Assembly (NCBI GenBank): GCA_001599295.1
Contig: BCGN01000001.1
Location: 1 to 64,000, forward strand
DNA length: 64,000 nt
Direction of reading: 5' to 3'
From: Sporopachydermia quercuum
Taxonomy: Eukaryota
The position numbers and the translations under genes are program-made. The notes below the pieces were generated by a model, which was not told the origin of the DNA, searched no databases, and saw only the letters and a list, made by a program, of their open reading frames with translations. Positions 10,800 through 22,048 of the stretch are shown here, piece by piece (within the stretch, counting starts at the first letter, position 1; each line of letters starts with the position of its first letter).

Positions 10800-13700
10800 C
10801 TAAGGCTTCTTCTTTTTCCAAAACCATCTCCATTCCGATGATGATGATGGTACGGGCGCTGTGGCAGAAGGTTCCATCTTAATTGTATTATTATCTCCAA
10901 CTCGAGATCCCGATTGTTCATTATTTCCGTTGTGTCCATAATGTCTGCTATTATCACTCATCACATTGTTTCCAATATCACCAGCTCCTTTGCTCAAGAG
11001 CTTTCCNATATTATTTCCATTATTTCCATTTAGTACAATTGAACCATCGTTTTCATTACTGCCAGTAGTTCCGTTAAGATTTCCGTAAATATTTGGTTCG
11101 CTTATTTCACCTGCCTCGGTATTTCGGATCCAATGATACAAATGCATAATATCTCCCGGATCTTCCGCTCTGTTCGTTGATGGCGGTGTTTTCTTAAACG
11201 TACTGGAAGAATCAAACCATCTTTTCTTTTTACTAGACTCTTGTGTTATCTCCAATATATCAATACCTGAAGGTGCAGTGGGATTATTATGTAAAGCGGA
11301 AGAAATGCCGGAACACGAACCAGGTGTTATTTCCGAAATAAGAGAAGCCTTGGCTACACCATCACTATCGGATGCAGCACTTTCTTTGCGGTCTTCAAAT
11401 TTGTCTCGACTTCTACTTCGATTTGAGCCCCGAAATTTATTCCTGAATGCAGACCAATCAACGTTATTTTCTCCGTTTCTCTCTTTCCCTTTCTTCTTAT
11501 GGTTATCACTATTTCCATCATTCTCTTTAAACACATTATGACTGGTGCGACCTCTTTCATCATTGTTCTCAGCATTCGAAACAGTCTTGTGATTTTGTAT
11601 GATATTCGTACTAGTAGAGTTGCTACTACCTGCGATATTTTCTCCTGTTTTCACCCCATCATTCCCTTTTTCTGAACTGACACTATCACGTTTGCTATTA
11701 TTTCCACTATTTTCAGTGGAAAATACCTTACAGTAATCAATTTGTTCCATCGGAACCATTCGGTAAAACAAAAGATATGGCATCTCTTTCTTCATCACGG
11801 TTTCGTAATCAACGGGAACTATTTTTTCTCCCGCAGGCTTTAAATCATCAAAAAGTATCCACTGTGGTTCAACCGAAGTAGCTGTAAACATGGATGCTGA
11901 AGCAGAAGCTGTAGACGAACTTCCGGAACCATTGGAACCACGTGAACATCTTTTCCCGAGATTTTCTCCGTTACTACTTCCATTGCTTCCGTTATTATTT
12001 TCAGTCCATGTTCCATCCCTATCAGCTACAACTGTAACATAATGACCAGACGATATAGTTTTACCACGATGACAAATGGCTGATTCCAAAATAAGCTTGA
12101 AATCTTGCCGGGATTCGTCATCTTCAGCTATAAAGCTCGGCAAATAAATCACTTTCGGTATGTCAACCTGCCGGCTATTCTTCTTAGGTTTACCATCGGA
12201 TGTCCAAGTATACCGCATAAGCCCAATAACCAAAATAGGTCTTTTAGCTGCAAAATGTCTAGCNGAGCGAGATTCAGGGTTGAGGTCAGAATAAAAGGGT
12301 AGTAATTGTAAAAACATCCAGGCAGGTAAAGAAACTTCGGTATCGGAACGGAATGATTGTATTGACGAGCGGAAAGAATTTTGAGGATTAAGGTTTGATG
12401 ATCTGGAAGGTAAATATGGTTTTGAAATGTGCCGAGAATATGAGTCTGATGCATGTGANGCTTGAGATGCTTGAGACACTTGGGGCACTTGGGATACTTG
12501 TATTTCGGAAACTTTGGTTGTTAAGGAGATTTCCGACGTATCTTCGTCATTAGAGCTAGTAGAAAGTGGAGATCTCGATCTCGGAGATAATGATAGCCCT
12601 GCTTTACTGAGATTTCTCAAAACGGGAGATCTAGCACCCCAGTTGGCCATGTTTGAACTTTCTTTATCGAAACTATCTCTACTTCCGTCCATATCATCAA
12701 TAGTAAATTCATACTGGCTTCCGACTCCTATCGAAATGTTATCACTATTATCTCCGGAATTTCTTCCGAAGGCTAAAGTTTCAGAGCTGTGTCCTAATTT
12801 GGAAGCCAGAAGTCCCGAGGTTTCCCGGAGCATTGTAGATCTGCGCTCTAATTGGCGCTTGACGTTAATAGAGTTAGCAAAGTATTTTTCTAAGCATTCT
12901 TCCAGTGAAATGATCGGTTCCGCCTTGGGCAATTTATCCGAAGAAAAACCGAAACTAGTCTCGCAAGAGATTCCGGTTGCGCCAGCGCTTTTGGAAACCT
13001 CTTCGGTGTCGCACTCAGAAGCAGTTGCTTCCAATGTATTCGGAGCGTTAACCGCTTCTGTGTCTAATTCCGCTTCCAACTTTTGCTTATTAGTTGAAAT
13101 TGTTTTCTCCTGGGTTTCGGGAGATATCTTGATCTTGTAGNCTTTGATTGTTTCCACTTTCTCACTTACCATGTCATTATCCGATACTTTGGTTTCAATC
13201 TTCTGCTCTTCTTGTTCTTCCGGTACCTCCGGAATCGGAATATATAATAAACGCTCTTGGACAACCTTATGATCATCCGCTGCTACTTCTTTTCCTCCAT
13301 GTTGTATATCGACTCTCAAACTTAGCATAGGCATTTCCAGTATTCCCATAAGAAAATCAAATACTTGACAAACATCTTCCTGTTGCCGATGCCCTTCTAA
13401 AGCTTCGGCGAATCCGTTTTGATACATAACTTTAAATAGAGCTCTAGTTATCTCTTTGGTAATCAAAGATCCACTTCGTAGCATTGATACATAAACTCGT
13501 AGCATTGCAGCTAACCTTCTTCGTTCAGGTATTAATTCAGTTTTAGAATCCAAATATAAGACGGGCTCAAATGATTCAAGTTTTGCAAACATTGCAAATA
13601 ACAATGAATCCAAATAGCATGAAATGTTCTCTACATTATCCATTCCGATTAATTTAATATTATCTCCGGTTTTCTGTTTACTTAATCTAGCAACCAAGTA

Positions 13701-15372
13701 ACCAGAATCGGATAATTGGAAATAACGGATGAAATGATAAGCGTCTTGAACGGATTTAGATTCCGTCGACAACAAAGCGGCAATCATGGCAGATCTACTA
13801 ACAGTAGAAATACCAGAACCACGTTTTGACAATAACTTCTTTAGCGCAATTAGTTTGGTTTGCATTGCTTTATTCAATTGCTTTGGACCAACAAATGAGC
13901 CAGAGGAAGGAATAACGGAAGAGATCTTATTGTTGGTGGGAATACCGGAAGAAATAATTGGCATTGCGTTTTCATCATTTCCGGATTTCCCAGAAACTTT
14001 CTTAGAAAGTCCGGGAACTTTACCATTACCATTATTCTTGCTATTTCCACTACTTAGCACACTTTGGTGCTTTGATTCAGTGTTCACTATTTCATTATTG
14101 ATATCACTCCTTGTAGCAACGGAAGAGGAAGAAGTATTAGAACCAACGTTAGCTTTATTGGCTGTGGAAGCACCAGCAGTAGTAATAGAAGGAGTTTTGG
14201 TACTACCTTTTGGATTGTTTGCACTTGAAGCAATAGAGGTTTTAGATCCAGTAGTAGACACCTTAGCTAAGGTAGAAGACGAACTAGTAGTGCTGTTAGG
14301 ACTGTTGATATTATTATTGTTGCCATTTCCAATGAAACTATTGCAATTATTTATGTTATTAACACCACCTATTATTTTATTCCAGTCAACAACAGCAGGA
14401 AAAGAATCCCAGAAGTCGTCATCAAACGTAGGCTATTTTTTGGTCGGTTAGTGAATGATTAGAAGAAAAATAGAGGCCAAGAAATGGCGATCATTGTAAG
14501 AGAAAAAACGAGAGAGAGTAAAAGGACAAATAGAAAAAGTAAATAGTTGATAACTGTCGATAGGTTGTTAAATAGTCGCTAAAGTTGTTGATTATATGTG
14601 CTTTTTTGATAGATGTCAGCAATGTTATAGCCGTACTGATATCACAATCACTTTTGCTGGATTTATTCTTGTAGCAAGGAATATTAACATATGATATATC
14701 TATGTGGCGCCGAAGAACTTATAAGATAGTATAGCATACAAATAACTGTATAACTGTATGGCTATTTCACCACTAGCATTGAAGTGACATATATATTATT
14801 GCAGAGTCGCAGAGTGTCTTCGAGGCTGGTGATTTCATGCTCCTCATTCTGAAATAATATAAAAACGTCTGGCCTTATAATTAATCCAGTAAAAGATGTG
14901 CTTCATGCATAATTACTGCTCATTCATAGTAATCCATGACGGTGATTTTTTCATGCCACCCTTATTTCACAATAGCATCATTGCGATGTCCGCAGTAAAA
15001 CTCTTATCAATAACATGATTACAAGACTATCAAAAAAAGATAGATAATCATAGCAATCTGCTTGTGTGCCATAGTTTTATATTAATGTAACCGCAATAGA
15101 GCCATGGTAGCGTAATATGTTGAATCAGCTATTCATACCAATTCCAAAGTTCCAAGGTATAATTGCAAGATCGACATAGCGCTAGTAAGAGTTAATTGCA
15201 GACTGTGAATTTGCAAACACTCAAAGGTCAAAATAAACAGCCAAATGGGCTAGCAAACAAAAACCTATCGACAATCAACAGTTACCTTACATAACACCGT
15301 ACAAACAAAGATAATGATAATAATACTTACACCAAAGGCCAACGATACTCTTCGTCTGAATGAGCGACCCAT
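10800..15372 (-). CDS. USP-family (peptidase C19, CYLD-like) deubiquitinase; exons 15372-15331 and 14432-10800, about 1224 aa
   Basis: Cys box NISCYLDSLLFAMF, QQEDV, His box CHRGKTISSGHYV and FDDL. The frame stays open upstream of the track's GTG start to an acceptor (CACTAAC...TAG ending 14433). A GTAAGT donor at 15330 follows MGRSFRRRVSLAFG in matching phase 0. The first exon is less certain than the main exon. Confidence 0.75.
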
Positions 15373-17378
15373 TTAATGTACCTTGATATGATGATTCGCT
15401 CACTCAAATCCTTTGCCGAAGTAACCTGAATAGCCAAAATTTCAGGCAGATTGAACTCAATAGAATACGTTAGCAAGGTAATTATATCATAACATTGATA
15501 GCACTGAAAGCAATAATGATAATGTCAACGATTAATAGTTATAGTACTGGAAGTTGATTCTAGCATTAGCCTAGTTGATCTGTTTGACAAAACAGCAAAA
15601 GGAGAAGAGAAAAAGAGAGGAGTATAAACAGAACAACTAGGAAATGCTGATAGCAGAATTTGAGAAAAGAAAGGGAGGCTATGATTAGATTTTGTTGTTA
15701 GTTTCCATTTATTGGAGAAAGAGGAAGCTGGTAGAACAATACACAGAAAAATGGTGAACGAAATGCTTGAAAGCGGAGAACATGAGTATGCTATGAAAGT
15801 TGGAGAGAACGAAAGCGGAAAAGATGCAAGAAAGGAAAGTGGTAGAATGTAAGCAAAGATAAAAGATAGGGTATCAGATGATAAGATCTAACGATTTGGG
15901 AGATATCGGTGATTCGCAATGCTGATGGCCGAGAAGTAAAGAAAATCGAAGGCAAATATTGATGGCTGATTGGACTGGACTGTTTGAATTTGATGAGTGA
16001 CAACTTTTGTTTGAGAGAGTGTACTTGACTACTATAATAGGAAGTTGGTTCATATTTTGATGTCATAATGATAATTAATATGTGAACCCAGATGAGATGA
16101 ATTGACTGAAATATCGGAGATGATATGTCGTAGTTCCAACCCTAATGTCAGAGTTAACAACAAAAAGATGGGTTAGTTAATATTCGATATTTCCTACAAG
16201 TTAATAGGCACAGGCAGCTTCTACTAGTTTTTGTTACCAAATTCGTTTATGAGACAAAGACACGTTATTTAACAAGCTTGTTTCACGCATAGTCAAGTCT
16301 TATCGGGCCTTTACCAGGGGAATTCCTAGTACAATGAGCATATTGATAAAACAAATCATGCAAAACCATAATTATAGTTTACAACGAATAGGGTAATTTA
16401 AAGTCAGATAGCTTATTGATTGGGATAATGGCAGAAGGCTTCTGGTGCTTGCATTGAATGAATGTACATGAAAAGTTTGAAGAGATATTTTGTTATTTCT
16501 ACAACATTTGGGCTTTTGAGATACAACAGAATTTAAATAATAACTAGTAGTTCGTATTTTTAGTTTTGCAAACATTTCAACTTCACATAGAACTGAACAT
16601 TATCCTATGAATACAGTTTCCAATAAGCGAGATTTTCAAATATGTCCCTGTAGATTCGATTAAAGTTGAGGTTAAGTTTCAAAGCAAAAGTTGAAAGGTT
16701 ATTTTCCACCTCAGAGCGGAGAGTACTACATTTCGTTTATTCTTTACTTCTAGGCAACAAACAGGTACTGAATGTGTATTTAACAAAAATCAGTAACGTA
16801 TAAAATATTTTTTTTTTCTTATTTTCTTTTTCCTATGAATAGTTATTTAACTGTTCACATTAACCTCTCATCTCACCTCGTATTGTTCTACTCCGGAAAT
16901 GTTGGTGTTCCCCGAAACCCCATTCCCATTCCCATTCCACCTTATAATTCGGATGAATTACCAGGTATTCTCCATAATCAAAACACCTAAACAAGCACCA
17001 CCTTTAGGTATTGTCAATCATTTATAATCTTACAAGAATAGCATATTCCCCAAATTTTTGAATGTGACTTTACTCCTATTCAACCTTTTCTCATTCGCTA
17101 AGTAGAGCTAAGACACTACGCGTCTCCCTCCGTAAAGTTTTCGTTCGTAGGAAAGTCTAAAGATTAATGTTGCTCAATAGGGTAACCCATGGAATCTCTT
17201 TGCTATTGCCGAAAGATGAGCCGAAGCTTTCTTGTCTCAACAGTAGAACGGAAGGAGTTTAGCTGATTACCTCATATTGAAACTATTACTACTATGATTA
17301 TATACCGTGATAGTCCTTTGCTCCGTCATTTGTTTTCGGATCAAGTGAATTGGATCTAATTATAACACGTTCGTCACG

Positions 17379-18476
17379 ATGTTTACTCTCAGAAAGCTTG
17401 CCCTGGGCAGAGCCCCCCTTCGTGCATTGCATACATCATCAGCACCATTTGTTCCGTTAGTATCCGAAACTGGTTTACCAGGCGCAGTTGGTAATACTCC
17501 ATTAATGAAATTGAACCATCTTTCCAGAGAAACGGGCCGAAATATTTATGCAAAGGCTGAGTATATGAACCCTGGAGGATCAGTGAAAGATAGAGCTGCT
17601 TTGTTTATCCTCAATGATGCAGAAAAGAAAGGACATCTTGGACCAGGGGGAACTGTTGTTGAAGGAACGGCTGGAAATACCGGTATTGGGTTGGCCCATA
17701 TGTGTAGAGCTAGAGGTTACAAATGTGTTATTTATATGCCTGATACCCAATCGCCAGCTAAAATGAATCTTCTCCGTTATCTGGGAGCTGAAGTTCATCC
17801 AGTGCCAGTTAAACCATTTGATGATCCAATGAACTATAACCATCAAGCACGTCGTCATGCAGAATCATTAGAAAATGCTGTTTGGACTGACCAATTTGAT
17901 AATAGAGCTAACCGTCAAGCTCATATTGAAACTACAGGTCCTGAAATATGGGCTCAAACTAATGGAGAAATTGATGCGTTTACTTGCTCTACTGGTACTG
18001 GAGGTTCACTAGCGGGAACTTCTAGATACTTGAAGGACATTTCTGATGGTAGAGTGAAATGTATCTTAGCTGATCCCCCAGGAAGTGTATTATACTCTTA
18101 TATTACTAGTGGTGAATTTGTTAGAGGTGGTTCCAGTATTACTGAAGGAATTGGTCAAGGAAGAATAACAAATAACTTGCAACCTGACTTGGGAATTTTG
18201 GATGGTGCTGTCAAGATTCCTGATGAGGAAACTATTGTTATGGTTTACAGATTATTGGATGAAGAAGGATTATTCTTAGGATCAACAGGTGCATTGAATG
18301 TTGTTGCCGCATGTAAAGTTGCATCTGATTTACCAGAAGGTTCAAATGTTGTTACATTATTGGCTGATTCTGCTCATAAGTACGCTGATCGTATTTTCAG
18401 TGTAAGCTGGCTGAAGTCTAAAAGTTTATATGATGTCATCCCAGATCATCTGAAAAAGTATGCAACTTTAGAGTAA
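17379..18476 (+). CDS. cysK: PLP-dependent cysteine synthase (O-acetylserine sulfhydrylase type) with a probable mitochondrial presequence
   Basis: [14 protein letters not shown] (PLP Lys), [16 protein letters not shown] and EGIG motifs. The N-terminus is basic and lacks acidic residues. Confidence 0.9.
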   Translation: MFTLRKLALGRAPLRALHTSSAPFVPLVSETGLPGAVGNTPLMKLNHLSRETGRNIYAKAEYMNPGGSVKDRAALFILNDAEKKGHLGPGGTVVEGTAGNTGIGLAHMCRARGYKCVIYMPDTQSPAKMNLLRYLGAEVHPVPVKPFDDPMNYNHQARRHAESLENAVWTDQFDNRANRQAHIETTGPEIWAQTNGEIDAFTCSTGTGGSLAGTSRYLKDISDGRVKCILADPPGSVLYSYITSGEFVRGGSSITEGIGQGRITNNLQPDLGILDGAVKIPDEETIVMVYRLLDEEGLFLGSTGALNVVAACKVASDLPEGSNVVTLLADSAHKYADRIFSVSWLKSKSLYDVIPDHLKKYATLE

Positions 18477-19167
18477 GATAGTTCATTGAGAGCTATGTTT
18501 ATTTTGCATTTGAAAACTCTCAGGGTTCAATCAATGAGACTTCTCTTAAAAAATAACCTGTATTTATGAACTTATGTTAATACTATTGTATTGTTCTTGA
18601 AGTATGTGTGTAGGATAATAGTTTCCGAAGTTCTGAGAGTGGCTATAAAACAAGAGAACATAACCCCATCAATAATATGGCTAACTTCTGTTCTGCTCTG
18701 CTATTAAGCAAACACTTTTCACAGTCTACATTCTACAAAGACACTTTCGTAAAGACGCTTTTATCTCTTTCCTTTTAAATGGGTTGTTCATTTTTTCTCA
18801 TTCCTTTCTTTCATATCATTTACTCTTTGTAGTGTGTAACTTGATACATAAATCATAAATAACAAGCTTCTCAAGATCAGCCCCAAACATGGAAAATTTC
18901 GGAAGTTATGATCTCAATCAAAATTCCGGAGACTATGTCTTGAAAATCGGACAAGATCCATCATTATACTCGGCAATTCAATCAACTTTCCAACAGCTAC
19001 TAATTATTCTTCTTATATTCTACTTTTTTTAAAGAATAGTGAGCAAGAAACTCATAAAAACATCAAGAACGATAATACAATTCGTAATAAATCACTTCTA
19101 AGTATTTTGGGCTTGTGTGTTCAATTAAAGTCTCATTCTCATTCCCACTCAACTGTTGCATATAAAA

Positions 19168-20071
19168 ATGAAGTAAGTGTGCTGAAAATAGGTGATTTAA
19201 CTCATGAATCATGAACGGTTTATAATTAGTTGTTTCAATCGCAACAAATACGTAAATTAGGGAACAACCACTGATTTATATTTGAATTTGATTCATATGT
19301 GGCTTACTGCTGTTTCTGTATGTGTAAGCTAATATGTGTCAGGCTTATGATTTACTAGAAAGCACCATCCCATTCACCATATTTTTTCATTACTAACTTA
19401 GACAATCCAGTACAGTGAGAGAAATTGAACGGCTGAATGAAAGAGAACTCGAGTTAGGAATCTCTGCAGAGGCTTCCTGGCATAATGATTACAAAGATAC
19501 TGCCTTCATATGTAAGTATGCCAACTGACTAATGCTGCTATCGTATTATGAAAATAATATGACCGACATCATCGTAACTANGAACATTATTATTGATACT
19601 AACAGTATAGTTATTGGTTCCTTACCGTATCAGTTAACAGAAGGTGATATTTTGACAATATTCTCACAATATGGCGTACCAGTATTCATAAAACTTTCGA
19701 GGGATCCAATTACTGGTACATCGAAAGGATTTGCTTTTCTCAAGTATGAAGATCAACGATCAACTATTTTAGCAGTCGATAATTTGAATGGTAGCATGAT
19801 ATTGGATAGAATGATAAGAGTTGATCATACTTATTATAAGAGGCATCAAAACAAGAAGGGTGATGAGCAGGATAATGGAAACAATCTATTTGAAGATATT
19901 TATATAAGTGAAGATGATAGAGAAGAGAAAGACAAAAGTGAGAAGATCTCCAAGAAAAAGAAGAAGAGGAAAACCCATGGAAAAAGTGACCATAAGGAAG
20001 AAAGAGAACGAAGTAGGGAAGAAGTGAATAGTGAACATGAAAGGAGTCGTACAAGAAGTCCTCATAGCTAG
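19168..20071 (+). CDS. IST3: RES complex / U2 snRNP RRM protein Ist3 (Snu17); exons 19168-19172, 19411-19511, 19611-20071, 188 aa
   Basis: The spliced product reads [57 protein letters not shown]...[24 protein letters not shown]. Both introns have GTAAGT...TACTAAC...YAG and consistent phases. Confidence 0.92.
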
Positions 20072-21349
20072 AAGTGTGCGTGGAATAGGGCATGATGATG
20101 AAACGAAACGCATGAATGATTGGTATAAATGATTGATCTGCTATTTCAGTAAGCTGGAATTGCTAGTAGAACATACCAATTGTACTTTGTACCTCAGTGA
20201 GCCATCATAGCGCTGATGAACAGCAAGATGTGGTCATGTTGCTTCTCAGTTGAATGATGCATAAGAAGGACAGAACAACGTACCTAGAATAAGGAGACCA
20301 AAAATTCAATGCTTGGTAAATCGGATATTGACCACATGACGGATTTTGGTTCTCGGTCACCTCTTTCACCTTTAATATAACCTGTTACAATTCATTACAG
20401 AAATCGCTCCCAGCTGATAGATCATGATGTGCTGAGTATTCCTCTTTTCCGACAATTAGGTGTACGAAACAATAATTTGTCTATTCTCCAGTTCATACAG
20501 TAAGATGGTTATTTCAATCCATGTTAGGCCAGATATATGGAAGCTCAAGAACCTTCATAAGAAGTTGTGCGACTCTTTCTGTCGAGTCTAGATTTTCAGG
20601 GTCATAAAATAATGATAGAAATAGCTTGAATCACTAATTAGAATTCAATTCTTATTAGCTCTACTCTGGTAGTAATATCCATGAACTGTAGGAAAACTGT
20701 TTAAAAATCAAATACCATGGAGATCGTCAGGTGAACTAAACTTGAGATTTATGCAACCCAATTACAGTTTGAGTTAATCAGTTCAATCTCTTTTAGACAG
20801 CTCGAGCTTGATATCAATGAGAAATCAAGAATCTGCATTCTGATATAATTTTGTCNCTATTTTGGCAAATCCGGTATTTTAGTTATTAGATTGGTTTAAG
20901 ATTGAGAAAATCAGTTTTAATCTAAAATACCTATTTATTTATCTTGGACTAGAAATGACTTGGAATGCCAGAGCTGCGTGGATCTCTATTATAATTTATA
21001 TCCCGATATGGAATTAATCATTCTTAAACTTAAACCTAATGTTTTTTTTATTCAATTTTTTTTTTTTGTTTTCAATGAATCAGTTCTATACCTTGAAACT
21101 TAAAGATAAAGGCAAAGCCTTACCTAAAATATTCCTCTTATAGAGAAAGGGTACTTATAGGGACAGAAAACTAAAGAATTATGGGGGACAAAAGTTGTAC
21201 GTTGTTTCTCCGTCTGGATGTTTCAACTGAAGCAACCTCGCTTCTATTTTACTCGAGCTTATCAGAATTGTATTTCATTTTGAACTTTACTTAGACAAAG
21301 GGTCTCACTTCTTTTCTGATCCAAACGACGCAAGGTAAGCGTTTTTCCA

Positions 21350-21394
21350 ACTGAAATCCTATCACTGAAATCCAATCACTGAAATCCAATCACT
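21350..21394. repeat. 14-bp tandem repeat x3 (ACTGAAATCCWATC)
   Basis: Three near-perfect units, two of which contain CCAATCA. Confidence 0.8.
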
Positions 21395-22048
21395 TCCAAC
21401 GGACTTCACCCGTTATAATAAAAGCTTTGGCAAGATATTGATCTTTATTCGGCTATTGTCATTGCAATTACGTTTCTTACAGATCTTTATTATGAATCNA
21501 TTAGTGATTAATGATGAGAAGCCTCAACTTTGCTCTTCCTCGTCTTTCATTGAGAGACCCTCTTTTTATGTCTCATAACAGGGTGCTAACATTTAATGAC
21601 AGCAGAAAGGCCAATGGTTAAATTTGTAAGTCTTCAGAAATATTCTTGTTTCTTTCATAGGTAAGTGCATAACCATCTAGTTATTAGACGTTTATTTGTA
21701 AGAGAAGGAGGGCAGATTGCTGTCACCATTTCAACTAGCAAGTTAATCTTACAGTTCTTTATTTGGTTGAATCCAGCTTCACAGGAGCCCATCGTACTCG
21801 CGTTGTTACTACTGGATCTCCAGCATACCAGCAGAGAATCATTCTAAGCTTTCGCTTCATTGGAAGCAATCCGTTAAATTCATCTTAACATTTTGCATTG
21901 CTGGTAACAAAGTTGAGTCTGTGTTAGTTATTTCTCTTATAAGAAAAATTCCTANCGGCTTTAGTCTTTCGCTTTGGTCTCTCATTAAACATTAAACGTT
22001 CATCCAAGTATCACATAACCCGCTCTTTCTTAATATCTTGCAATCAAA

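Noticed and set aside
12514..14451. Plus-strand ORFs of 208 and 221 aa
   Set aside because: They are in-register antisense shadows of the USP gene, with no motifs of their own.
17379..18476. Alternative CUG genetic code (Ser or Ala)
   Set aside because: CTG occupies positions expected to be Leu in cysteine synthase (YLGAEV, WLKSK, HLKKY), consistent with the standard code.
21649..21666. Recursive-splicing ratchet point TTTCTTTCATAG|GTAAGT
   Set aside because: There is no suitably placed branch site upstream. It is more simply an ordinary strong donor.
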